Assembly (NCBI GenBank): GCA_013265495.1
Contig: MU058475.1
Coordinates: 248,001-312,000, forward strand
Direction of reading: 5' to 3'
Length of the DNA stretch: 64,000 nt
From: Vicugna vicugna
Lineage: Eukaryota
In this document: in pieces, positions 37,231-50,220 of the stretch
How the letters are laid out: the number at the start of each line of letters is the position of its first letter
Position numbering within the stretch: position 1 is the stretch's first letter
Translations under genes and position numbers: made by a program
The notes under the pieces: generated by a model
Told to the model about the DNA's origin: nothing
The model's database searches: none
Seen by the model: only the letters and a program-made list of their open reading frames with translations

Positions 37231-39280
37231 TTTTTTTGTTGTTGTTGTTGGACTCCTTTTATTTTTATTTTTTAGTGGTGGGTTTTTTTTTATTTGGGTG
37301 TGTGTGATAAGGATATAACTTTTATTTTTTCCAAACGGATAAATGTCTCCTGTTGATTACTTTTTATTTTCTTTTTTAGTTTACTTTAAATCCATCTCCA
37401 GCTCCAAGTAGAGAATGACCACCTGAGGGCTTTCTAGGTGCAGGTGTGGCCTAGAATATCTGAGTTAACTGAGAAGCAAATAGTTCCTGCTCAATCAAGA
37501 CCCGAATGAGGGATTTCATTATGGTCCTGCTGGTTCCGCACAGCACAGAGCCCTGCCATCCTCGTGGGACACGGTGGTCACCCTTTGTGGCCCTTTAAGG
37601 CTGTTGCGGAAGGAGGAAACATGGGAGCAGGTAGGAGGGGCCCTGGCCCCAGGGCGGGGTCCTGGGACCGCACACAGCGACTCACTAGGCAGCCGCAGAA
37701 ACTACCAAGTCCGCGTGTCCCCTTCAGTCTCCTCCTTATTTCTCGTCCCCATTTGTTCCCGCCCCGGTCCACCTCCTTGCTCCTGTGAGTGGGGTTTCCT
37801 CCCGAGGGCCGGCACCCAGATCCCGCACCGCTGCTCAACGCACAGCAGCCACTTGATAGACATTTGTGGGTGGATGATCGTTGGTCCCAGAGGCTCTCGG
37901 GTTGGCCCTGAAAGAGACAACAGGACCTTATCAGTCTTCCTTGTTTATAGTCTCTCTGTGGCCAAGCTCTCTATGCTCCTCAGACTGAGCTGATACTTGT
38001 CCAACTTTTCCTCCAAAAAACCCCCTCAAACCATGCAAGTAACTGACGTGCCAACTGTCCAAATTTGTGACTGACCTCTCTGAGTGTCCTGACTCTGACA
38101 TGGCCACAGCCAGGAGCATGGGAGACAGTGAGTAGGAAGGTTCCTAGGCACCAAGGAATCCTATTTTTATATAACAGGATGTTCTAAATATAGGTAGGTC
38201 GGCCTGTCCCAGATTCCAAAACTTGCTGGAGACAAGAGTAGCTGGGTTTTCTGGGGACCTTATCTCAGGCTGCAGTCCTTTGCTCAGAGTGTGCTGCTTC
38301 TCCGGGCCGTTTCCCGTTGCCGTGGATGGGCTGGGATGGTGTGTGCAGTGGCCCTGACATCTGCTTCTTTCTTTGAGAAACAAATTATCAGCAAACGCAG
38401 AAGGTGGGGGTGGGGGGGTAGGCTCTTTCCAGTCAATTGAGGGGCTAGAGAAGGTGCAATGTGACAAAATATGAAACACACGATCTCTTTTACAGACTTT
38501 CTCATGAAAGAGGAAAGATACATACGCATATCTGCATCTGCACATGTGCACACACATATTTTGTGTAAAGGTATTACTGGGCTCAGTAAACACACATAAG
38601 CTCTTGGGAAAGGAACCAAACCCAAGAACCCGAGACCAGGGCAGACAGCGGTGTCTGCAGCCACCTGAGGTCTGACTCCATCTCTTTGCTGACTTAAGCG
38701 TCAATTAAGCTTTCTGTGATCCACTCCCTAACCATCTAAGTGCAAGAGAACAACACTGACCCAGCCCCGAGGGCTGCTGGGAGATCAGCCTGCATCTCCC
38801 AAGGGCTGATCATCGTCAGAGTGCTGCGTGAAGGCAGGGGTTGTGTTCTCACGAAGGGCTGGCTGGCTATTCTTGAGCGCTCTCCTCACTGCCACCTGCC
38901 CTGGGCTTCCCTGGATCCTGCTAAATTGTGGGCGTGAGGCTTCTGGAACGTGTCAAGTGGAAATGTCCTGGGCTTCGAGTGCTCTCTGCAAATAGCGCTG
39001 GTTTGGTGCAACGTGAAGACACTTCAGCAGTGTGTATTTACCGAGGAAATGTTAAAGAACTGGAGTGGCCTTTGGGTGTGAAACCAAGTGGGACTTTCGA
39101 GGTGGCAGCGGGTGGTGGTGGGATAAGGAACTAACATTTAGTGAGTGCCAAGTGCTGTGAACACATCTTATCCAATGTGACTAGGACTGGTATTATGGTC
39201 TGTTAAGAAGTCAGTTGAAGTGGGAAATCACGCAAAGTGATATATTCAGACCTTAAGCATTTAGCTGAAAACATGAATCC

Positions 39281-39289
39281 ATCTATCTT

Positions 39290-39356
<67 letters not shown>
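39281..39356. repeat. (ATCT)n tetranucleotide microsatellite
   Basis: Direct inspection. Confidence 0.95.
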
Positions 39357-39357
<1 letters not shown>

Positions 39358-39817
39358 TTTTTTAAGCTAATCTATTGATTTAAGCCCGAGACTCTTTCTT
39401 TGAGGACAGAAGCTGTCTGGTGTTCCCTATCATTCTTCTTGCATAAACTACATCTCTGATCCATCAACTAAGATTTATAGTTTAAGATCCTTTAAAGTGG
39501 AGCAAGGACTTAAAGGAACGTGGGACCGATCAAGAACAGTGTCTTTCTAGATTTTTACTGTTTCCTAGACGTCTCACGTGTGTGTAATCTGATAGCAATT
39601 TATTTTGCTTGTCTTTATGGAGACTTTTCCAAAGCATTCAAGTTATCTTTTCTTAGAAACAAAAATGTCCTTTCTTTCTGCACCCATATTTCATGGATTT
39701 AAGGAATATGTAGTTAAATTACATCATTATAATATGAAAGTACAACTAGCAAACAGGCTTGATACGAGACACATCTGATCTGGAGCATCTCTGGCTGCAC
39801 TGGTGGGAGCAGAAGTA

Positions 39818-39970
39818 CAGTCGTCCCTCACTATCCATGGGAGACAGGTTCCAGGACCCCTGTGGGTACCAGAATCCAAAGATGCTCAAGCCCTTTGTAT
39901 AAAATGATGGAGTACAGTCAGCCCTCCACATCCAAGTGTCCTGCACCCTGTGGATACAGAGGGCTGATTC
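39818..39970. mobile_element. MER2/Tigger-family MITE
   Basis: TA TSD both sides; TIRs cagtcgtccctc / gagggctgattc; ggttccaggacccc..gatgctcaag body. Confidence 0.8.
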
Positions 39971-40409
39971 TATGGGGAAGTACATGACCTCAGCTGGCAG
40001 GCCTCGATCAGGAGGACAAAGAAACTGAACTGGCAAGTTGGTGGAGGAGACAATGGGTAAGAGAGCGTCTCCTATATTTTACTTACACGATAACCCCATG
40101 AGTTTGCAAATATCATCTCTATTTCATAGGTACAGCATTTGAAGTCCAAAAAGGTTGGCTAATTCATCTTAAGTCACATAGCTTGTGAGCATCAGACCAA
40201 GAATCTCAATCCAATTCTGTTTTTGCTTATATGGGGTCTCACTGAGGACTAACTTTCCTCGGGAGCTGCTTTCTTCACCGGTTTTATTGAGGAAAACATT
40301 TTTTACCACATCCAAATTTTTTTAACTTTCTGAAAAATTGAATGAAAGACTCTTTAAATTCTATAGTGCTTTGCAATCTTCAAAAGTTTCACACACATAA
40401 TTTCACACA

Positions 40410-40689
40410 ATCCCATAATACCCCTCTTTTTTTAATCCCCTACCCCTCTACTGCCCCTCCCCCTCCCTCTCCCCACTGGTAACCATTAGTTTGTTCTCTG
40501 CCTCTGTTAGTCTTCTTTTTCTTGTTTTATTCAATAGTTTGTCAATTTTTAGATCCCATATATAAATGATATCATAGAGCATTTATCTTTCTCTTTCTGA
40601 TTTATTTTACTTAACATAATGCCCTCTAAGTCCATCCATGTTGCTGCATATGACAAAATTCCATTCTTCTTCATGGCTGGGTAGTGTTC

Positions 40690-40726
<37 letters not shown>

Positions 40727-40860
40727 TGTATCTCACACCTTCTTTATCCATTCATCTGTTGATGGTCACTTAGGTCAATGTGGTGTATTATATTGATTGC
40801 TTTTCATGTTTTGAACAATCCTTTGCATTCCAGAAATAAATCCCACTTTCTCATGGTGTA
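40410..40860 (-). mobile_element. LINE-1 3' UTR and ORF2 fragments with (TG)n at ~40693-40724
   Basis: ctctccccactggtaaccattagtttgttctct; gtccatccatgttgctgca. Confidence 0.85.
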
Positions 40861-40869
40861 GAGTACAGA

Positions 40870-41200
40870 CGTCTACATGGGCCACTCCCTCTCCATCTCT
40901 CTCTGCCTTCAGGTCTCTGCCCAAATGTCACTGTGACAGAGGATCCTTTCCTGGTCTCTCTGTATAAAGTGGGAGCACGTGCAAGTCCCCACCACCAAGC
41001 CCCTTTTGCCTTGCCCTGCATCATTCTCCACAGGGCTCATTATCTGAACTGCTGTATAGTTGCTTAGTCTTCAGTCTCCTTCCACTATAATGAAAACTCC
41101 ACGAAGGTGGGACTTGTCTATTCTGTTCAATGGTGTAATGTCCAGTGTCTCAGGAAGTACGTGGCACATAGGACAAACTCAGAGAATAAATGAATAACTG
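40870..41200 (+). mobile_element. LINE-2 3' fragment
   Basis: ttcaggtctctgcccaaatgtcac..gtggcacatagga..aataaatgaat. Confidence 0.7.
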
Positions 41201-41390
41201 CATCACCCTCTGTTCACGTCTTCTCTCAAGATGTTTCTGCTGATACTTCTGCTGTCCTTGTTGGTGGTGGCCTGCAAGGGCTTGCAGCCTCTTGTCCACA
41301 GGAAACTTGTTTTTTCACTTTCATTCTTTCTTTCTCCTACTTGCTGTCTGTATTCTTTGAAAATGTGCAGTATTTCCTATCATTTATGCT

Positions 41391-41498
41391 CTTTTTTTAA
41401 ATTGAAGCACAGTCAATTACAATGTGTCAATTCCTGGTGTACAGCACTATGTCCCAGTGATGTGTATACATACATATATTTGTTTTCATATTTTTTAT
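41391..41498 (-). mobile_element. ~110-bp LINE-1 3'-terminal fragment
   Basis: ttttaaattgaagcacagtcaattacaatgtgtcaattcctggtgtacagca. Confidence 0.85.
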
Positions 41499-41793
41499 CC
41501 TTTTGTTTTTTATTTTTCCCATTATTCTCTCTTTTGCTGTTCTTGCAGATATTAAGAGATGCCACTCTATTTTACCCTCAGGAAATGTCTGGCTTCCTGA
41601 CAATGACACCAAGAAGATAATTCCAGTAGGGAGCAACTCTTGCTTCTCCACAATTTTCTGGTTCCTAAGAACAAGAAATGGAATGTTTCTTTTTTCAAAA
41701 TACACATGTAGAAGTTGGACAGAGACCAAACTGGCTGCCAGTGAAAGATTATCATTGTTTTCTTGGCAGAAATTCCCTTTCAAGACCTTAAAC

Positions 41794-41898
41794 TTTTTTT
41801 TTAAATTGAAGTACCATCGGTTACAATGTGTCAATTTCTGGTGCACAGCACAGTGTCCCAGTCATGCGTATACATACACATACTCGTTTTCATATTCC
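41794..41898 (-). mobile_element. ~105-bp LINE-1 3'-terminal fragment
   Basis: Same 3' end; TSD ttcaagacctt (41779-41789) / ttcaacacctt (41899-41909). Confidence 0.85.
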
Positions 41899-41959
41899 TT
41901 CAACACCTTTAATGCATCACTACCCACCTTGTGTTCCATATCATCTTTATGGGACATAA

Positions 41960-42750
41960 AATCCTCAGATCACACCCTTTAGGATGGCTACTATTGAAAA
42001 AAAAGCCCAGAAAGTAATAAATGTTGGTGAGGATGTGAAGAAATTGGAACCTCTATGCCCTGTTGGTGGGAATTGTAAAGGGGTGCAGCCACTATGGATA
42101 ACAGGGTCATGAACAGATATTCGTACATCCTTGTCCACCTCAGTCTTACTCATAAAAGCTAAAACATGGAAACAACCCAGGTGCCCATTAACAGATGAAT
42201 GGATAAACACAGTGTGATATACACATACAATGGAATGTTATTCAGCCTTAAAAAAGAAGGAAATTCTGACACAGGCTATAACATAAATGAACCATGAGGA
42301 CATTGCACTAAGCGAAATAGACCAGTCACAAAAGGACAAATATTGTCTGATTCCATTGATAGGAGGTACCCAGAGGAACAGATGCATAGACAGAAAATAG
42401 GATGGTGGTTTCCAGATGCCGGGTGAAGGGGGAACTGGGAAGTTGTTGTGTCATGGGTGTAAAATTTCAATTTTATAAGGTAAAAAGAATTCTGGAGATT
42501 GGTTTCACAACAATGTGAATGTACTTAACACTACTGAACTGTACACTTAAAAATGGTTAAGATGTGTATTTTACTTATATATTGTATTTTGTGTTATGTG
42601 TATTTTTATGTTTTATATTATGTGTATTTTATATCATGCGAGGAGCACAGAGGGTGAGAGGGAGACGAGGAGACCAAAGCCAGGACGGTGGCTTATATTT
42701 TATATAATATGTATTTTATATTATGTATATTTTACTAAAATTTAAAAAAT
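41960..42750 (+). mobile_element. L1MB-like 3' end
   Basis: acagatgaatggataaac..aacaatgtgaatgtacttaacactactgaactgtacacttaaaaatggttaagatg. Confidence 0.85.
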
Positions 42751-43149
42751 CCTCGGAGACCAGTCACTGTGGAAACATACCAGAAGATGTAACATGGAAA
42801 GGGGGATTTGTACAATCTTACTGAATTTTAAAGATGTAAAGGCCAAATTTATATATAATGTTTCAGCCCTGCAATCAACTTTATTAATGATTAAATGCAT
42901 ATAAAATAAAGCATCTTTAAAAATCTGCTATCATATTATCAGAAACGAAGCAAAACAGTAAAACTCAATGTTGGCAATTTTGGGGGGAAATAGGGATCCT
43001 TATACACATTACCATTACGCCATTCTTTACCACAATTCTATAATACGTTGGCACTTTTTATTTCTGGAGAAGAATCTGGCGGCAGGTAATAAGATCTTCA
43101 AAAATGTTTATTTCCTCTGGCTTGGTTTTTCCACTTTGGGGAATTTCTT

Positions 43150-43341
43150 TCTTTTTTAAAAAATATTTTTATTGAAGTCTAGTCGGTTATCAATGTTGCG
43201 TCAATTTCTGGTGCACAGCACAGTGCTCCAGCCATACATGAACATAAGCATATTCATTTACATATTCTTTTTAGCCTTAAGTTACTACAAGATTTTGAAT
43301 ACAGTTCCCTATGCTCTACAGTATGAGCTTGTTGTTTATGA
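43150..43341 (-). mobile_element. ~190-bp LINE-1 3'-terminal fragment
   Basis: TSD gaatttctt (43141-43149 / 43342-43350). Confidence 0.85.
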
Positions 43342-43490
43342 GAATTTCTTCATTCAATGAACAGTTACTAAAGCTTTACCTTCTCTGTGTCAGGCACTGC
43401 TCTGGGTGCTGTGAACACACTGGCACACTCCGTTTAATGCCTGCCCTCAGCGTCGATCATCCTGCAGGGAGAAAGAGACACATTTATGAG

Positions 43491-44034
43491 TGTGGTGGAC
43501 ACGTATGGTTTGGTGCCCGGAATCCATGATCTCTCCTGACAAAAATAGTCTAAATCGTCTCCAGGAAGCATCTCTTCCTCATTCCCAGCACGTGAATAGA
43601 TTGATCGCTCTCCCAGACTCCCCTGATTTAATTCTATCCCTGTATTTCACCCCCCTCGCCCCAGTCATTGGTTCAGAGATGGTACATAATGCATTTAGAG
43701 CCAATGATATCAATAAAGATGTTTGCTGGGGCTTGTGGGAAAGATACATTTTCTTTCACTGCATTTTGTGAAGTGTGAGGCTTGGAGCTGCCACCGCCAT
43801 CATAACCCCCTGCAGCGTGCCAGCTGGAGGACGAAATCAACAATTGGAGAAAGGCAGAAAGAAGCGGTTAGAAAAACCGCTGGCTGGTGTCCTCTGAGCC
43901 TCTGGACTGAAGGGCCTGGGGTCAGCTCTACCCTTGGACTTTCGGCTGTGTGAGTCAGTAAGTTCTCCTGTGTGTACAAGCCAGTCTTCACTGCACGCTA
44001 TCACCTACAACAGCAGGAAAACCAGCTCATCACA
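43491..44034 (+). mobile_element. Old MLT1 (J/K-like) MaLR LTR, preceded by an L2 fragment (43345-43490)
   Basis: tgtggtgg start; cattggttcagagatgg..agccaatga; ggacttt..tgtgagtcagtaa..aagccagt. Confidence 0.6.
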
Positions 44035-46477
44035 TGTGGTACACTGACGGGATGTCACGGTAGAGGGACGGGGGCGTGAGTGAGCCAAGGGGCCACATAG
44101 GAAGGGAGTCTTCCTACATGAAGGACATAGGTGAGAAGAAACTAGAGCAGTGTTTGCCAAGATGTTTATAGCAACCTTGTTCCTAAGAGGGGGAAATGGA
44201 AGTAACCCCAATGTTCAACAACAGGTACGTTATTAAGCACATCACTGCAGAGAGATACAACGCAACACACACCAGTGTGATGAAAGGCCATCGAAACCGG
44301 CAAATACAGGCACTGTTTAGGTACGTGGTAACCCTCAGTCTGGCTTTCTCAAGCACTAGGAACTCAGTGAGGTAGTAACACGAGATAGTTTAATATTTTC
44401 CCACTCAGTATCCTCTGTCAAGTCTCCCTTTCCTTACCTTAGCAGCGTTTCGGCCAGTCCCACAGGCTTCCAGACACTTTTAGGTACTCCAGCTCCAGGC
44501 CTAGATGTGATTTCCATCGGCTCGTCCCCTTCCCCAGCCCAGGCAGAGCCTAGCGGCCTCGCTTAGCAGGGAGTGGATGTGAGCTGCTCCCTCGCTGGCT
44601 CCGCCGCAGGACTTTAAAATGAAGGAAGGTGTATGTGGGGGCCTTGTTAGCCTCTCAACTACCACTCATTCTCAAGGCCTGATTCCTGTGGTGTTGGGGA
44701 CTGGGAGAGGAGGAGAGGAGGAGAGGCAGAGATCTCACGGTCCTGCCTCGAGAGCGCCCTGCGTGGCAGGTGCTGCTGGACCACCAACTCGGCTTTGCTC
44801 TGCTGGCCTCCTCCGTCCTCTGGGCTCCTCGCCTGTGGAGCTGTTGGGACTCGGGTTCTCCCTTCTGATCTGGGAGAGGATGCTGAGAACCCTCCTTCTG
44901 ACCACAATCATAGCACTTTTCTCCCCCTCTGCCTTTAGCTGCTCCTATAAGCTTCTTGCCTCCAGAAATTTCCAGAGAAGAAGAAAGTGCATTTTATCAA
45001 ACTCCCGGGGCTACAGATCAAGCTCTCCCAATAATTCTCCCATTTCTCTCCATTCTGGCGGGTGCCCTGCTACGGGCCTGCTTCTGGCTCACCGAGGATG
45101 CAGCCCGCAGAGAGATGGTAGCCGCTCCTTCAGGCAAGCGATCTCGGACTCTGCAAGGGATTTTCCTGGGTCCCTCTTCCCAAAACTAGGGTAGGGGAGC
45201 CTCTTAATATAAGCCTTGGACTCCTCCCACGGCCAAAGACTTCCAGCTTTAGCTCTTCGCCTTGACAACTGTCTCCTTAGATGGGCTGGTGATGAGGCAG
45301 GTGGATGTTAGCTGGAACGACGACAGAGAGTAGTAGGGCTAATTTCTCTGTCTCGGAGTAAAGGGGTGCTGGCTTCAGTGTCTGGCAGCTTTCTTTAGAA
45401 TATGGGATTCTTAGAGCCGACTGTTTTCAGCTATAGGCCTTAGCGCCAATGCCCGGCCAACAGTCTTACTGAAGATCCTATTTCATGTATTGTTCAAGTC
45501 TCAGATATCTCTGCTGACTTTCTGTTTACTTGTTGCATCAAATTACTGAGAGAAGAGTGAAAGAATCTTCAGCTACAATTGTGGATTTTTCTATTTTTCT
45601 TTTTAATTATATTACCTTTGCTTCACGGGTTTTTCTTCTTTGTTTTTTTGAAGCTTTGTCTTTAGGTGCTTATATGTTTAAAATAGCTATGTCTGTCTGA
45701 TGAATTCACCCCTCTATCAATATAAACGTCCCTCTTTATTCCTGGCAGAATTTCTTGTTCCAAGACCTTCTTTTCTGATATTAGCATACCCGTTCCAGCT
45801 TTTTTGAAGGGTAGTGTTTGAATGGCTAATCTTTTTCATTCTTTTATTTCTAATCCACTTATGTCCTTATACCTAATATGAATGTCTTGTAGATTGTATA
45901 TAATTCAGTTTTGATTTTTAAATCTAGACTGGCAATGTATGTCTTTTGATAGTAGTGTTTAGAATCTACATTATAGTTTTGAATATGATTGGAATTAAGT
46001 CTACCATGTTGCTGTTTGTTTTCTTTTTATCTCATATTGTTCATTTTTCACTTTTCCTGGTTACTTAGGATTAATTGGTAATAGATTTAGGATTCCATTG
46101 TATCTCCACTATTGACTTATTAACTAATCCTCTTTTCTTTTCTTTTTACTATACATCTTGCCTTAGCAAACACAGTTTTGTTTTGTTTTTTTCCTTATTA
46201 ATTGTTGCTTTGGGGCTTAAAATGTGCATTTTTAACTAAACACATTTTACTTTCAAATAATACTAGGCTCCTTCAAGCATAGTGTAAGAAACTAACAGTA
46301 TATTTCCACTTCCCCCTTCCTACCCTTTGTGCTGTTGTTTTAATAGCTTTTGCTTTTATATATGTTGTAACTCACATAATTTGTTATTATTACTTTGCAT
46401 TAAATAGTCAATTATCTTTTAAGGAAATTTAAAATTAAAAAAATGTGTTATATTTAGCTACATATTACCATTTCTGA

Positions 46478-46508
<31 letters not shown>

Positions 46509-46612
46509 TCAAGTTTTATCTGGTTTCCTTCTTCCTGAAGAACTTTATGAAGAATTACATTTCCTTTTTTTAAAAAACTAAAGTATAATTGACCTACACA
46601 ATATGTTAGTTT

Positions 46613-47278
46613 TGATGCAGGAAAAACGAATGTGGGGTGTGAGAAGGATCGTGTCCCAGATCTGGGTTGAGCCCCTGGGATGTGCCCCGCCAAGTGTGGG
46701 TCCTTGGCTTCACGCAGGAAAGAATTCAAGAGCAAGCCACAGTTGAGTAAAGGTAGATTTATTTAGAGAGATACACACTGCACAGAGTGTAGGCTGTTTC
46801 AGAAGGCGAGAGAAAGGCCACGAGGTGTAGGGGTTCGATGTTCAGATTAGAGTATAAGTAGGTACACACTCCATAGACAGAGTACGGGCCGTCTCCAAAG
46901 ATGAGGGAGCGAGAGAGGTGACCATGAGGTGCTTTGTTGCTATTTTTTATGGGCTCGGTAGCTTCGCAAGCCTACAAGTGGGAGGATCATTCCAACTACC
47001 CTGGGGAAGGGGCTGGGATTCCCAGGAATTGGGCCAGAACCCACTCTTTGACCTTTTGTGGCTAGCCTTGGGACTGTCATGGCGCCTGTGGGCATGTTAT
47101 TTGTCATGCTAATATATTAACAATGAGCATATAATGAAACTCAAGGTCTACTGGAAGGCAAATCTCCTGCCATCTTAATCCTCAAGGCCAACTGGGAGTT
47201 GAATCTTCTGCCATTTTGGTGTTAATTGCTGTGTCATTCCTTGAGTGGCTGTGCCCTGCCTCCTTCCCTCCTGTCTCA
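46613..47278 (-). mobile_element. Solo ERV1-type LTR, same family as 33631-34214
   Basis: TG..CA termini, TSD gttt/gttc, collinear reverse-complement similarity to 33631-34214. Confidence 0.9.
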
Positions 47279-47330
47279 GTTCTAGGCGCACAATACAGCA
47301 GTCCAAAATTTTTACACATGACAGAAAAGT

Positions 47331-47640
47331 TGTTGCCAAGCCCAAACTCGTTCTGCTTGCTGCAGGACAGGTCAATAAATTGGGAGACGAGGTGTTGGGG
47401 CAAGGAATGGCGACTTTATTTGGAAAGCAGACAGACCGAGATGAGGGCAGACTAATGTCTTGGAGAACCATCCTGCTCTAGAAAGAATACAGGCTCCTTT
47501 TATACAAAAAATAAGGGAGGGGGTGTGGTTGATTGTTGTAATCTTGCCGCAGGCATTCTTAGTTCTTGCAGCCATCCGCGCGAGCCAGGTCATGGTGTCC
47601 CTGTCAACCTCCAGCAAAACAAAGGTTACTCTCCACTGCA
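47331..47640 (-). mobile_element. Short solo ERV1-type LTR, same family as 49709-50220
   Basis: Both termini present (tgttgcc / actgca), TSD aagt/tagt. Confidence 0.85.
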
Positions 47641-49278
47641 TAGTCACCACCACAAGTCTAGTTACTACCCTTCACCATAGGAAGGTATTACAGTGTTAGT
47701 CACTGTGTTCCCCACGCTGCACGTTTCATCCCCCGACTCGTTTATTTTGTAACCAGAAGTTTGTACCTCTTAATCTCCCTCACCCAGTTCACTCAGCTTC
47801 CCACCCTCTCCCCTCTGGCGGCCACTTGTTTGTTCTCTATGAGTCTGTCTCTGTTTTGTTACATTTGTTTTAGTTTTTAGATTCCACATATAAGTGAAAT
47901 CATATGGTATTTGTTTGTCTGTCTGACTAATTTCACTAAGCGTAATACTCTCTAAGTCCAATTGTGTTGCTGCAGATGGCAAGATTTCATTACTTTTTTA
48001 AATGGCTGAATAATATCCCATTGCATGTGCATATTTATATCTCATTCATCCATTCATCCATCAATGGACACTTAGCTTTGCTTCCACATCTTGGCTATTG
48101 TCAATAATGCTGCAATAAACATAGGGGTGCATAAACCTTTTTGACTTAGAGTTCTTGTTTTCTTTGGAAAAATACCCAGAAGTGGAATTGTTGGATCATA
48201 TAGTAGTTCTATTTTTAGTTTTCTGACGAGCCTCCATACTGTTTTCCGTAGTGCCTGCACCAACTTATGTTCCCATAACTGTGTAGCAGGGTTCCCTTTT
48301 TTTTACATTATCATCAACCATTGTTACTTGTTGTCCTTTTAGTCATAGCTAATCTGACAGGTGTGAGGTCCTATCGCATTGTGGTTTGGACTTGCATTTC
48401 CCTGACGATTCGTGATGCTGATCAACTTTTCATGTGTCTGTTGGCCATCTGAATGTCTTCTTAGGAAGACTGTCTATTCAGGTCCTCTGCCCATATTTAA
48501 ATCAGATTTCTGTTCTTTTTTTTTTTTTCCTGGCGTTGAGTTACATGAGTTCTTCAGTGAGGTCTCTCCACTCTGGCTGGTGGATACTCAAATAATTCTT
48601 GGCCCTGTGTGAGCTCTGTAAAGCTTTTGGTTTCAAACACCTGATAACATTCTTTTCTTGGAAGTTGTTCTTTGTCCTGCTTTGTGGAGTTTTATCCTAA
48701 GCAATTGCAGGTTAGTTTTTCAGTCAAAGACTCAAGGGGACCCAATTCAGATTTCTGGAACTCTCTCTCTGTGTCTCCTTCCATGTGTACTCTGCACTGA
48801 ATTTTAGCTGCCTCGGCATCCCTGAACTCTGATCTCTGTCATCTCAATTTGATGATAATTCCAGGATCCGAGCACTCCCTTAGCCTGAATAGCAGTTCAG
48901 AAATTGCCTCCAGGCTGGAAGACTGGAGGATTGTCTACCTCACATATCTTGTTTCCCTCCTCTCAGGGATCGCGGTCCTGTACTGCCCGTTGTCCATTGT
49001 CTGAAAGCAGTTTGTTCTGTTTTCTATTGTTCTTTTAATGATAGAAGGTAGTTTCGGACTCTTCTATATTTTTACGCCTTTCTTTTGATGAGGACTAAAA
49101 AGTACTATAGAGAAAGGAGGTGCCAAGTTCATGGGATTTTTCCAGTGTGGGGTAAAGCAAAATTGCAACGATGTATTTAATAGTATAAGCCTATGGGTGT
49201 AAGGCAGGTGGGACTACTCTGCAAATACATAAAAGGCTGTCCAAAGACACAGACAGCAGCCAGAGCTACAAGAGCTGG

Positions 49279-49461
49279 TCAGAGGTTCTTAAACTAATGC
49301 AAAGAGAAGCATTCGAGTGTTAAAAGGATAAGAATCTAGGCTTCCTAGAGAAGATCCTATTCAGAAGGTCTAGGGTGGGACCTCATAATTTGTATTTTTA
49401 ATAGGCGCCCTAAGGTGATTCTGATGCAGCTGGGCTGTGGACCTTTCTTGGAGAAACACTA
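49279..49461. mobile_element. MER5-like hAT-Charlie MITE
   Basis: cagaggttcttaaact..ggtctagggtggga..aggtgattctgatgcagc..gagaaacact. Confidence 0.7.
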
Positions 49462-49708
49462 GCTAAAGATCCCAGTTGGAGTGTCCTGCCGTGAACCTAT
49501 ATAACTCCATCCCAGGCGAATGGACAGGGCCTTCTACGTGGGCAAAAGACCAGAGGGGAAGCAAGAAAGGGGCGGCAAAGGGCCAATAAGAAAGGAGCTG
49601 GCCTTCAGGACCACATGGAAGATCAAGGGATAAGGAGAGTGCGAGCAGGAGGTGACGGGGTACTGGGGAGAATTGCTTTCCCTTGGCAGGTGCCTGGGTG
49701 TGTGGAAG

Positions 49709-50220
49709 TGCAGTAGGAAGAACAAACCTGACTCCACATTAGATCTGTTCCTTTGGCTGTAACCCTGTGCTCTGTTTCCTGGGCTCAGTCATGCTGGCTC
49801 TGCACCTTTTGTAAAAGAATGTTGCCCAGAGCCTGAAATAGGCAGGACAGCTCATTCTCCAGACTCTGACCTTTAAGGGTATATCACTGTCCCATTCATA
49901 TAAAGATAAAAAGTTGCCGAACAGAGGATAGCACTTGTCTTGTTGGAAGTTTACAGGGGCGCTGTGATCTGACCCACGTGGACAGCTGCAAGAACAAAGG
50001 ATTCTGACACAAAGAAGCAACAACCAGCACCCCCCCCCCACTTTTAGTGTAAAAGGAGCCTGAATTCTGACTTGGGGAATGGTTCTCCAGGACATTAGTC
50101 CTCCATCTTCCCAATCTGCCAGCTTTCCGAATAAAGTCATTATGCCTTGCACCAGTACCTTGTCTCCTGATTTATTGGCTTATTGTGCAGTGAGCAGAAC
50201 AAGTTTGGACTCGGTTAACA
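49709..50220 (+). mobile_element. Solo ERV1-type LTR, 512 bp
   Basis: TG..CA termini, perfect 4-bp TSD gaag (49705-49708 / 50221-50224), AATAAA near 50130. Confidence 0.9.

Larger units (their letters stand above)
46565..48550 (-). mobile_element. LINE-1 3' end, split by two LTRs
   Basis: poly(T)-aaagtataattgac; ORF2 end [31 protein letters not shown]. Confidence 0.9.
45470..49030 (-). mobile_element. Old L1M element hosting a younger L1 (46565-48550) and two LTRs
   Basis: EN-region antisense text at 45470-46560 and L1M 5'-type text at 48560-49030. Confidence 0.75.
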
